64,000 bases of DNA from Dehalococcoidia bacterium (GTDB lineage Bacteria; Chloroflexota; Dehalococcoidia; Lucifugimonadales; UBA3495). The DNA lies in the NCBI GenBank assembly GCA_965215975.1, contig OZ244136.1, forward strand, positions 2,000,178-2,064,177, in the 5' to 3' direction. Below, in pieces: positions 28,092 to 36,833 of the stretch. The notes beneath the pieces are model-generated. The model searched no databases. It saw only the letters and a list, made by a program, of their open reading frames with translations, and was not told the origin of the DNA. Position numbers and translations under genes: made by a program. Positions within the stretch are counted from its first letter, which is position 1; the number at the start of each line of letters is the position of its first letter.

Positions 28092-29161
28092 ACGAGGAAC
28101 TCCGCCAGTTCATCAAGGAGTCTCTCGAACTGGGACTGGCGCGGGATGCCATCCGTAACGTGTTGCTGGAGGCCGGCTGGCAAGAACGGGATGTGAGCAG
28201 CGCCCTGGGTGCCTTTGCGGAGGTGGACTTTCCCGTGGCGGTTCCCTTGCCCCGGCCATACCTGCACGCGCGCGAGGCGTTCCTTTACCTGGTCTCCTTT
28301 ATAACGCTCTATGCATTTGCTTTCAGCCTGGGTGCCGTGTTCTTCGGCCTCATTGATTACCACTTCTCAAGTTCCATTTACCGTTTCGATCCCGGCCCTT
28401 CAGCTGCCCAGACCACGGCATTAGCCGCCGTAATCGTGGCATTCCCCCTTTATCTCTTCCTGATGCGCCGCTTGGGGGCAGCAGTGGCGGCCGATCCGGA
28501 ACGCCGGCAATCCCTGATCCGCCGTTGGCTCACCTACCTGACCCTGGTAGTGGGCGCGGCAGTGATTCTTGGCGATGTGATTGCTTTGCTGGCCCGACTG
28601 CTTGCCGGCGATCCCACTGCGGGCTTTGTCCTCAAGGTATTTGCCATCCTGGTAATCACCGGGCCGATATTCGGATACTACCTCTGGGATATGCGGCAAG
28701 CCGAAGACGAGGTAACCGAGTCTGTAGCCCGCGCTGCGCCGGTACTGCGGGGCCTCGTAATCGCCGCCATAGTGATTGTGATTGCCACCCTGGGTTACTC
28801 CATCTACCTGGTTGGCACCCCCGGGCAGCAGAGGGATACGAGGCTGGATGACCAGCGCATTACAGACCTGCGAAACATTTCCCGCAACATTGATACTTAC
28901 CTTGAGCTTAATGAGAGAATGCCGGGAAGCCTGCGAGACCTGACGGGCCCCAGATTCTATGTAGACTCCATTGAAGACCCGGAGACGGGAGTTCCCTACG
29001 AATATGGGGTCATAAGAGGCACTGACTATGAACTTTGCGCCGTCTTTTCGACAAATACCTCGGAGCGTAGAGACGAGCGCCGGTCCTTTTCCGAGCAAAT
29101 ACGGGACCATGGTATAGGAAGGGCCTGTTTCCAACTGGTAGCCAGGGCAGAGCCCAGGTGA
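28088..29161 (+). CDS. Polytopic membrane protein, DUF5671-like
   Basis: The GTG at 28088 overlaps the upstream stop (GTGA). Soluble N-terminal helix bundle, about 6 TM helices, and a C-terminal DLRNISRNIDTY...DPETGVPYEY...YELCAVF motif. Confidence 0.55.
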   Translation: MNEELRQFIKESLELGLARDAIRNVLLEAGWQERDVSSALGAFAEVDFPVAVPLPRPYLHAREAFLYLVSFITLYAFAFSLGAVFFGLIDYHFSSSIYRFDPGPSAAQTTALAAVIVAFPLYLFLMRRLGAAVAADPERRQSLIRRWLTYLTLVVGAAVILGDVIALLARLLAGDPTAGFVLKVFAILVITGPIFGYYLWDMRQAEDEVTESVARAAPVLRGLVIAAIVIVIATLGYSIYLVGTPGQQRDTRLDDQRITDLRNISRNIDTYLELNERMPGSLRDLTGPRFYVDSIEDPETGVPYEYGVIRGTDYELCAVFSTNTSERRDERRSFSEQIRDHGIGRACFQLVARAEPR

Positions 29162-29198
29162 CTGTCGCCGAACGGACTGAGGTAATTGAGGTGCAAGC

Positions 29199-29717
29199 AT
29201 GGCAAACGTAGTACTGGTTATCGACATGGTTCGCGGCTTCCTGGAGCCGGGGCACAATCTCTACTGCGAGGGCTACCGCCCCCTGATTCCCAGGATTCAG
29301 GCTTTGCTGGAACAGGAAACCGCCGCCGGTTCCAACGTCCTGTTCATCTCCGACCACCACGACCCGGACGACCTGGAGTTCCAGATATTCCCCGTTCATT
29401 GCGTCAAGGGTACGGAGGAACCCGAGGTAATCCCCGAACTGGCCGGTTACCTGACCAACGAGAACCTGGTGCCCAAGAACCGGTACAGCGGCTTCTTCAA
29501 CACCGACCTGGAGCAGCGCCTCGCCGACCTACAACCCGACAAGGTTATCGTCTGCGGGGTCTGCACCGACATCTGTGTCCTTCACACCACATCAGATGCC
29601 CGCAACCGCGACTATCCGGTGGAGGTGCCGTCCGACTGCGTGGCAACCTTTGACCCTGATGCCCACATCTGGGCTCTGGGGCATTTGGAAAAGATTCTGG
29701 GGGCCAAGGTGGTTTAG
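29199..29717 (+). CDS. Isochorismatase-family cysteine hydrolase (nicotinamidase-like)
   Basis: VLVIDMVRGF..., catalytic Cys context VIVCGVCTDICV. Confidence 0.85.
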   Translation: MANVVLVIDMVRGFLEPGHNLYCEGYRPLIPRIQALLEQETAAGSNVLFISDHHDPDDLEFQIFPVHCVKGTEEPEVIPELAGYLTNENLVPKNRYSGFFNTDLEQRLADLQPDKVIVCGVCTDICVLHTTSDARNRDYPVEVPSDCVATFDPDAHIWALGHLEKILGAKVV

Positions 29718-29962
29718 GGGACCAAGGGGACGCCACCGCCCCCTCTCGCTGGGAAAGGGAACATTTCCACTCTTTCCAGCGGGCTATCTGGCTTTGGTCC
29801 TTGGTAAAGGTCTTTGGGAACAGACAGCACCCCCACATCGCCTCCCTGTGCTATACTTGCTCACCAAAAGGGCCGAAAATCGGGCCCTCATCTCTTATAT
29901 AGCCACAATCCGTAATCCCCAACACTCCCACAAAGGCATATCTTCCGGCAAGGGAGGCCAAC

Positions 29963-31996
29963 ATGCTGTTTTACCGCTCCTACCGCTACTCCCAATGGGA
30001 TGGATCCCAGGAAATCTTCGACATTGACGCCGACGAGTTGATGGATCGTCTGGCGGACGAACTGCTCAAGCAGGGCGACGTCATGCAGGCCCTCCGCGAG
30101 TTGCTGCGTAACGGTATGCAGGACCGCAACGGCCAGCAGATGCCCGGCCTCCGCGAGTTGATGGACATGCTCAAGGACCGCCGCCGCGAGCAGTTGCAGC
30201 AGCACAACATGGACTCGGTGGTGGACGACCTCAAGGAACGGCTGGACGAAATCCTGCGCACCGAACGGGAAGGTATCGACCGGCGCATGGACGAGGCCCA
30301 GGAACAGGTCAACCAGTCCCCTGACGAAGACCGTCCCATGCAGGACAACCTGCTGGACATGCTGAAACAGCGGGCCGACCGCAACCGCGAGAAGCTGGAC
30401 AACCTGCCAGACAGCCTGGGCGGCCAGATCCAGGAGTTGATGGAGTACGACTTCATGGACCCGGATGCCCAGCAGATGTTCCAGGAATTGCTGGAAATGC
30501 TGAAGCAGCAGATGGCCCAGAACATGGGCCAGCAGATGCAGCAACAGATGCAGAACATGTCCCCCGAGCAGATGGCGGCCATGCAGGAAATGATGCGCCA
30601 GCTCAACGAAATGATGCGGGACAAACTATCGGGTATGCAACCCGACTTCGACGGCTTCATGCAGCAGTTCGGCCCCATGTTCGGGGACAATCCTCCCCAG
30701 AACTTTGAAGAACTGATGGAAATGCTGCAGCAACAGCTTGCCCAGATGCAGTCGATGCTGGACAGCATGTCGCCGGAGGCACGCCGCGAGCTGGAGGATG
30801 CTCTTCAGTCCGCCCTGGACCCGGGGATGCAGCAGCAGATGTCAGAATTCGCCTCGCTGATGGAACAGCTGATGCCCATGGACGACTTGCGCCGCCAGTA
30901 TCCCTTCCTGGGCGACGACAGCCTGACCATGGAGCAGGCTATGGAAATGATGCGCCAGTTCCAGGACCTAGACCAACTGGAACAGGCCCTGCAGCAGGCA
31001 TTGCGCACCGGCGACATGGAAGAGATTGACCCGGACAAGCTGGCCCAACTGCTGGGCGATGAGGCACGGCGGGCCTGGGAGGAACTGGATAGGCTTCGGC
31101 AGCTATTGAAAGAAGCCGGCTACGTCACCGGCGACGACGACCTGAAACTTACTGCGCGGGGCATCCGCCGCATCGGTCAGAAAGCGCTGCGGGAGGTCTT
31201 CATACACTTGAAGAAGGACCGCAACGGCAATCACGACCTGGACGTCCGGGGCGCCGGCGGCGACCTGCTGGGCGAGACCAAGCCCTACGAGTTCGGCGAT
31301 CCCTTCCAGATCGACCTGCAGTCCACGGTAAAGAACGCCATCGTACGGGGCGGGCCACAGATTCCGGTGAAGATAAGTCCCCAGGACTTTGAGATTTACC
31401 GCAACGAGCACATGACCCGCGCCGCCACCATCGTGCTGTTGGACCAGAGCCGGTCCATGGGCCTCTTCAACAACTGGCAGGCCGCCAAGAAGGTCACCCT
31501 GGCCCTCTTCTCCCTGATTCGCACCCAGTATCCAAGAGATACCCTGCACGTGGTTGGCTTTTCCGACTACGCCCGGGAAATCAAGGAGGAAGACCTGGCA
31601 TCCCTTAGCTGGAATGCCTGGGTTTCGGGCACCAACCTGCACCACGCCCTGATGCTGTCCCGCAACCTCCTGGCCAAGGAGAAGGGCGGCACCAGGCAGA
31701 TAATTGTAATCACCGACGGGGAGCCAACGGCCCACCTGGAGAACGGCCGCTCCTACTTCAACTACCCGCCCAGCTACCGCACCGAGCTGGAAACCCTAAA
31801 AGAAGTCAAGAAGTGCAGCCAGGAGGGCATTGTCATCAACACCTTCATGCTGGAAAACAACTACCAGTTGGTGAATTTCGTTGACCGGATGACCCGCATC
31901 AACCGAGGCCGCGCCTTCTACAGCAGCTCGGAGAACCTGGGCGAATATATCCTGGTTGACTACATGAACAACCGGAAAAAGCGGGTGACGGGGTAG
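29963..31996 (+). CDS. von Willebrand factor A (vWA) domain protein with long Met/Gln-rich helical region
   Basis: The C-terminal third carries a MIDAS-type vWA region (IVLLDQSRSM...ITDGEPT). N-terminal YSQWDGSQ motif. The middle is extremely M/Q/E-rich. Confidence 0.8.
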   Translation: MLFYRSYRYSQWDGSQEIFDIDADELMDRLADELLKQGDVMQALRELLRNGMQDRNGQQMPGLRELMDMLKDRRREQLQQHNMDSVVDDLKERLDEILRTEREGIDRRMDEAQEQVNQSPDEDRPMQDNLLDMLKQRADRNREKLDNLPDSLGGQIQELMEYDFMDPDAQQMFQELLEMLKQQMAQNMGQQMQQQMQNMSPEQMAAMQEMMRQLNEMMRDKLSGMQPDFDGFMQQFGPMFGDNPPQNFEELMEMLQQQLAQMQSMLDSMSPEARRELEDALQSALDPGMQQQMSEFASLMEQLMPMDDLRRQYPFLGDDSLTMEQAMEMMRQFQDLDQLEQALQQALRTGDMEEIDPDKLAQLLGDEARRAWEELDRLRQLLKEAGYVTGDDDLKLTARGIRRIGQKALREVFIHLKKDRNGNHDLDVRGAGGDLLGETKPYEFGDPFQIDLQSTVKNAIVRGGPQIPVKISPQDFEIYRNEHMTRAATIVLLDQSRSMGLFNNWQAAKKVTLALFSLIRTQYPRDTLHVVGFSDYAREIKEEDLASLSWNAWVSGTNLHHALMLSRNLLAKEKGGTRQIIVITDGEPTAHLENGRSYFNYPPSYRTELETLKEVKKCSQEGIVINTFMLENNYQLVNFVDRMTRINRGRAFYSSSENLGEYILVDYMNNRKKRVTG

Positions 31997-32067
31997 CATC
32001 GCGGTTAGTGAATTTGGCCAGAGATACCAGCTGAGGCCTGCCAAAGGTCAGAGATGCGTTAAGATTA

Positions 32068-32580
32068 GTGGAACGGGACGGATGGCGACTAGTGAACACT
32101 CGGGGCAGTCATCGCCAATTTCAACACCCTGACAAACCTGGCACCGTTACAATCCCGGGACACTCCAGCGATGATCTGGCTCCCAAGACTTGGCGAAGTA
32201 TCCTTCCAAGCCGGATTGACGAGGGAAAATTGATGAAGGCTAGTTACGCAGTTGTGTACGAAGAAGCTCAGAACAACTACTGCGCCTATCTTCCGGATTT
32301 CCCCGGTTGCATCTCCACGGGAAAGACTTGGGACGAAGTCCAAAGAATGGTGCGGGAAGCTGTGGAATTCCATATCGAAGGGATGATCCAACACGGCGAC
32401 TCGTTGCCAGAGATCCCGATATCTCTGGAAGCCGCAAAGGCTTATCACAACGAGCCTCTCTCTAAGAGGGAGCAGGACAGCCTGGCAGACTATGGTGAAG
32501 AACCTCCAACCCTTACTACCACCTTCGGAACGGTTGAGGTTGAGATTTCGGTGTTCACCGTGTCTCCTGGCGCAGTATAA
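32068..32580 (+). CDS. hicAB: HicA toxin and HicB antitoxin domains in one continuous reading frame
   Basis: HicA signature (L)VERDGWRLVNTRGSHRQFQHPDKPGTVTIPGH reads without a stop into the HicB N-domain MKASYAVVYEEAQNNYCAYLPDFPGCISTGKTWDEV. The frame is open from 32035. Confidence 0.7.
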   Translation: MERDGWRLVNTRGSHRQFQHPDKPGTVTIPGHSSDDLAPKTWRSILPSRIDEGKLMKASYAVVYEEAQNNYCAYLPDFPGCISTGKTWDEVQRMVREAVEFHIEGMIQHGDSLPEIPISLEAAKAYHNEPLSKREQDSLADYGEEPPTLTTTFGTVEVEISVFTVSPGAV

Positions 32581-32761
32581 AGTGCAAGCGTAGCGCAATT
32601 GCTGAAAGCCGTGCACCGGAGTGCGTTTATTGACGAAATATGTTATAGTCAGGCGGTGATTTCGTGGTCAGGGTCGGGTTGCTGGTAAACTCGCCCCCCC
32701 AAACTTGAACAACTGAATAACCCCCTTGGGCTCGGCAAGTTTACCCTGGTAAACCTGCCGT

Positions 32762-32792
32762 CTTTTAAGCAGTCCCGTGAGGCTGGCAAAGT
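32762..32792 (+). promoter_or_regulatory. Candidate PyrR-binding RNA loop (pyr attenuator)
   Basis: CTTTTAAGCAGTCCCGTGAGGCTGGCAAAG resembles the PyrR site consensus (..AGUCCAGAGAGGCU..), differing at two loop positions. Located in the 350-nt leader of the pyr operon. Confidence 0.55.
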
Positions 32793-32851
32793 GTTTCGCC
32801 CTTTATCGGTCAGGTCAACGCCGCGGCAACGCGGTGCAGACTGGCCGGCTT

Positions 32852-32885
32852 AACCCCTTGCCGCCTGGGTAAGGGGTATTATTTT
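32852..32885 (+). terminator. Attenuator terminator in the pyr leader
   Basis: ACCCCTT-N11-AAGGGGT hairpin followed by ATTATTTT, 45 nt upstream of the first operon gene. Confidence 0.45.
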
Positions 32886-32928
32886 GGAATCCAGCGCCGT
32901 GACCGGCTAAGCAACAACGGGAGTCAAC

Positions 32929-33483
32929 ATGAAAATAGTCAGCATCGTGGGCAGTCTGCGGCAGGACTCGTGGAACCACAAGCTTACCCGGGTGGCCATT
33001 GATATCCTCAAGGGCAAGGGGATTAAGGTGGAAGAGGCCAGCCTGGCAGGTCTCACCCTGTTCAACGGAGACCTTGACGACGGCACCTTCCCCGGGCCGG
33101 TGGCTGCCCTGCGGGACGCCATGCACTCAGCAGACGGGCTGTTGGTTGCCGCCCCTGAGTACAACCACTCCATTCCCGCTGTACTGAAGAACGCCATCGA
33201 GTGGACCTGTCGGCCGCCCAACTGCTGGACCAACAAGGTCGTCTTTGCCATGGGCACCACCCCTGGCCGGTCGGGCGGCATACGGATGCACCTGCACTTG
33301 TCCGACTGCCTCCAGTGCGAGGGAGCGTGGCTTATTCCCAGGCCCATGGTACTGGTTCCCAACGCCGCCAGCGTCTTCGGAGGGAATGGCGAATTGCTGG
33401 ACCCCACCGTTGGCGACCAGCTTGAAGAGGGCATGACCAGGCTGGTGGAGACCATCAATACTGTAGCCGGTACCCGGGTCTAA
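32929..33483 (+). CDS. NAD(P)H-dependent FMN reductase family oxidoreductase
   Basis: MKIVSIVGSLRQDSWNHKL...APEYNHSIPAVLKNAIEW flavodoxin-like reductase signature. Confidence 0.85.
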   Translation: MKIVSIVGSLRQDSWNHKLTRVAIDILKGKGIKVEEASLAGLTLFNGDLDDGTFPGPVAALRDAMHSADGLLVAAPEYNHSIPAVLKNAIEWTCRPPNCWTNKVVFAMGTTPGRSGGIRMHLHLSDCLQCEGAWLIPRPMVLVPNAASVFGGNGELLDPTVGDQLEEGMTRLVETINTVAGTRV

Positions 33484-33502
33484 CCCGGACTGGAGCTAAC
33501 TT

Positions 33503-34072
33503 GTGATGCCTGCCAATGGCAGCGAGATGCCGGAACGTCGGATAATGGATGCGCAGGAAATCCAGCGTTCCCTGTCCCGCATCGCCCACGAGATTCTGGA
33601 GCGGAACCGGGGCGTCGACGACCTGGTGCTGGTGGGCATCCACACCCGTGGCGTGATTTTGTCCCAGCTATTGGAACAGAACATCCTGCGCTTTGAGGGC
33701 AACTGCGCCCCCTTGGCAGAACTGGATATCAACCTGTATCGCGACGATTTGCAGGCTCGGGAGAGTCCCCGTGTCCGGCCCACCAAATTTCCGGTGGACA
33801 TCCGCGGCAAGAACGTAGTGCTGGTGGATGATGTCCTTTTCACCGGCCGCACCATCCGTGCTGCGCTGGACGCCCTCAGCGATCTGGGCCGGCCCCGGCA
33901 GGTGCAGCTAGCGATTCTGGTGGACCGGGGCCACCGCGAGTTGCCGATACGGGCGGACTACGTGGGCAAGAACGTGCCCACCAGCCTGGACGAAGAGGTC
34001 AAGGTGCGGCTGACGGAAACGGACCAGACCGAGGATGTAATCATCGTCAAACTGGGGCGGGAGATAAAATGA
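33503..34072 (+). CDS. pyrR: Bifunctional pyrimidine operon regulator / uracil phosphoribosyltransferase PyrR
   Basis: [16 protein letters not shown]... and PRPP motif [18 protein letters not shown]. Confidence 0.9.
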   Translation: MMPANGSEMPERRIMDAQEIQRSLSRIAHEILERNRGVDDLVLVGIHTRGVILSQLLEQNILRFEGNCAPLAELDINLYRDDLQARESPRVRPTKFPVDIRGKNVVLVDDVLFTGRTIRAALDALSDLGRPRQVQLAILVDRGHRELPIRADYVGKNVPTSLDEEVKVRLTETDQTEDVIIVKLGREIK

Positions 34073-35109
34073 CCACTCCGGACGCAATGGCGCTGGGCAA
34101 TGAGTCCCAGGACGTGGCGCTGACCGCATCTGCCAGCACCCGCCGCAACGTGCTGGACCTGGACGATTTCTCTGCAGAAGAAATCACGTCAGTCCTGGAC
34201 GATACGGGAGCCATGGTTGAGGTGCTGCGGCGGGACATCAAGAAGGTGCCCACCCTGCGGGGCCGTGTCGTCGTCACCATGTTCTACGAGTCCAGCACCC
34301 GCACCCGCATCTCCTTCGAGGAAGCGGGCAAGGTGCTCAGTGCCGACGTCATCAATATGTCCAGTTCCGGCAGCAGCGTGGACAAGGGAGAGTCGCTGCT
34401 GAACACGGGCCTCACGATACAGGCCATGGGCGTGGACGTGGTGATCATCAGGCACCCCCACTCGGGAGCCCCATATTTGCTGGCCCGCCATCTGCCCCAG
34501 GTATCGGTTATTAACGCCGGAGACGGCATGCACGCCCATCCCACGCAGGCTTTGTTGGACCTTTACACCATGCGGGAAAAACTGGGCAGCCTGGGTGGCA
34601 GCAAGGTGGTCATCGTGGGCGACGTGCTGCACAGCCGGGTGGCCCGCTCCGATCTGTGGGGTCTGACCAGGATGGGCGCGCAGGTCACGTTGTGCGGCCC
34701 AACCACCCTGATCCCCCTGGACCTGCTCAGTGGGAGGGACGAACTGGAAGAAGACCATCCCTTCGCCCACGTTGACGTGGACACCGACCTGGACCGGGCC
34801 ATCGAGGGCGCCGACGTGGTCATGGCTCTGCGCCTCCAGTCGGAACGACAGCAGAGCGGCTTCCTGCCCAGCCTGCGCGAGTACATCCGCCGCTGGCAGG
34901 TAACCGAGGAACGTTTGGCTCGGGCCAAGCCTGGGGCCCTGGTGATGCACCCCGGCCCAATGAACGAAGGCGTGGAGATAAGCACCGCCCTGGCCCACGG
35001 GGAAAGCTCGGTAATTGAAGAGCAGGTAACCAACGGCGTGGCCGTTCGCATGGCCCTCCTTTACCGCCTCTGCGCCGGCCGAGGAAACCGGATAGGAGAA
35101 CCAGGGTAA
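34069..35109 (+). CDS. pyrB: Aspartate carbamoyltransferase catalytic subunit
   Basis: [21 protein letters not shown] and HPGP motifs. Confidence 0.95.
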   Translation: MTTPDAMALGNESQDVALTASASTRRNVLDLDDFSAEEITSVLDDTGAMVEVLRRDIKKVPTLRGRVVVTMFYESSTRTRISFEEAGKVLSADVINMSSSGSSVDKGESLLNTGLTIQAMGVDVVIIRHPHSGAPYLLARHLPQVSVINAGDGMHAHPTQALLDLYTMREKLGSLGGSKVVIVGDVLHSRVARSDLWGLTRMGAQVTLCGPTTLIPLDLLSGRDELEEDHPFAHVDVDTDLDRAIEGADVVMALRLQSERQQSGFLPSLREYIRRWQVTEERLARAKPGALVMHPGPMNEGVEISTALAHGESSVIEEQVTNGVAVRMALLYRLCAGRGNRIGEPG

Positions 35110-35128
35110 ATGGCAACAGCCGCCCCAC

Positions 35129-35240
35129 CTGTCATCCTGAACGAAGCGGGAACCGACTCCCTTTTCCCTGTCATCCCGACAGAACCGGGGCGTAGCCCCC
35201 TTGGCTGTCATCCTGAGCGAAGCGGAGTCGAAGGGTCTAA
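35129..35240. repeat. Three tandemly spaced CTGTCATCC(T/C)GA... units (REP-like intergenic repeats)
   Basis: Units start at 35129, 35168 and 35205 (spacing 39 and 37 nt). The 77-aa ORF 35110-35343 is their translation. Confidence 0.6.
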
Positions 35241-35374
35241 AATCCCCAGCCATGAGAAGCCTTGTATAGCAAAGGGGTCCCGATCATTGAAGACTTCAAT
35301 GATCACCGGGCCCATGCCTTGGCAGGCAATTAACCAGAAGTAATCGAACACAGTCACAACAGGACAGCGCTAAA

Positions 35375-36736
35375 TTGGTAAACCGCAACTACAACAGACC
35401 GGTATTGATCAAAGGAGCCCGAATCGTTGACCCCGGACGCGGGGTCGACGCCGTCGGAGACGTCTTGACCCAGGAAGGGCGGATCGCCTCGGCAGGCCCT
35501 ACCTTGTCCCCTTCGGACGTGCCCGACGGTACTCACTCCATCCCGGCCAACGGACTGGTGCTGGCGCCCGGGTTTATCGACCTCCACTCCCACCTGCGGG
35601 AACCAGGTTATGAATACAAGGAGACCATCGCAACCGGCACCGCCGCGGCAGCGCGCGGCGGGTTCACCACCGTGTGCTGCATGCCCAACACCGACCCGGC
35701 CATCGACAACGAGGCGGTGGTGGAACTGGTAAAGCGGCGGGCCGAGTCCGACGGGGTGGTTCGGGTCTTTCCCATCGGCTGCGTTACCAAGGGTCGCAAG
35801 GGCCGCGAACTGGCGGAGATGGAAGAACTGGCCGCCGCCGGGGTGGTGGCCTACAGCGACGACGGCGACCCGGTCTACGACCACAACCTGATGCGCCTGG
35901 CCCTCACCTACACCCTGGACCTGGGCATGCCCATCAGCAACCACTGCCAGGAACACAGCCTTTGTCCCCGCGGGGTAATGGCCGAGGGCTGGACTGCCAC
36001 CCGACTGGGCCTGCCCGGCATTCCGGCCGCCGCCGAGGAATCAATGGTGGCCCGGGACCTGGCCCTGGCGGAAATGACCGGCGGCTGGCTCCACCTTGCT
36101 CACCTGAGCACCGCCGGGTCAGTAGACCTGGTGCGGCAGGCAAAGAATCGGGGAGTCTCCGTCACCTGCGAGGTTTGCCCGCACCACCTGTTCATTACCG
36201 ACGAGTGGGCTCTTGGCTACCAGGGCGATAAGGGCCGCGCCGCGGGGCCCCTCAACTACGACACGTCCACCAAGGTATATCCCCCGCTCCGCAGCCAGAC
36301 TGACGTAGAGGCGCTGATTGCCGGGCTGGCCGAAGGGGTAATCGACTGCATCGCCACCGACCACGCGCCCCACGAGGTTGCCAGCAAGCAGGTCACCTAC
36401 GAGGAGGCTTCTTTTGGGATAAGTGTCCTCGAAACGGCCCTGGGCTCGCTGATGTCCCTGGTCCACCACGGGCGAATTTCCTTGAGCACCCTGGTTGCCC
36501 GCCTTACGGTTGGCCCCTCTCGGGTACTGGGGCCCAGCTTCGAGAAATACGCCACCCTGGAAGCAGGCTCTCCGGCGGACCTGGTGCTGCTTGACCCCGA
36601 CGCCGAGTGGACCGTAGACACCCGGCAGTTTGCCTCCAAGGGCAAGAACACGCCGCTGGAGGGCGTGTCCCTCAAGGGCCGTGTGACCTCCACCATGGTT
36701 GACGGCCGGCTCGTGTACCAGGACTACGGAGTTTAG
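35375..36736 (+). CDS. pyrC: Dihydroorotase
   Basis: GFIDLHSHLREPG..., ...CIATDHAPH... amidohydrolase motifs. TTG start. Confidence 0.9.
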   Translation: MVNRNYNRPVLIKGARIVDPGRGVDAVGDVLTQEGRIASAGPTLSPSDVPDGTHSIPANGLVLAPGFIDLHSHLREPGYEYKETIATGTAAAARGGFTTVCCMPNTDPAIDNEAVVELVKRRAESDGVVRVFPIGCVTKGRKGRELAEMEELAAAGVVAYSDDGDPVYDHNLMRLALTYTLDLGMPISNHCQEHSLCPRGVMAEGWTATRLGLPGIPAAAEESMVARDLALAEMTGGWLHLAHLSTAGSVDLVRQAKNRGVSVTCEVCPHHLFITDEWALGYQGDKGRAAGPLNYDTSTKVYPPLRSQTDVEALIAGLAEGVIDCIATDHAPHEVASKQVTYEEASFGISVLETALGSLMSLVHHGRISLSTLVARLTVGPSRVLGPSFEKYATLEAGSPADLVLLDPDAEWTVDTRQFASKGKNTPLEGVSLKGRVTSTMVDGRLVYQDYGV

Positions 36737-36752
36737 TTAGACCAATTGATCA

Positions 36753-36808
36753 ACGAACAGGCACCAATTACCACGAATAGATATTAGTGAATATTCGTGC
36801 CTGTTCGT
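36753..36808. repeat. CCACGAA/TTCGTGG-type palindromic intergenic element before carA
   Basis: ACGAACAGGCAC (36753-36764) pairs with GTGCCTGTTCGT (36797-36808). The inner CACGAATA/TATTCGTG pairing is an alternative. Confidence 0.55.
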
Positions 36809-36833
36809 GGAAAGAAAAAAGGGGTTTTGAATC

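Noticed and set aside
35110-35343. 77-aa ORF between pyrB and pyrC, and the 69-aa ORFs at 48903-49282
   Set aside because: They are translations of short interspersed repeats (VILNEAG / VIPTEPG / CHPERSGVEGS; VIPAKAGI-type), not genes.
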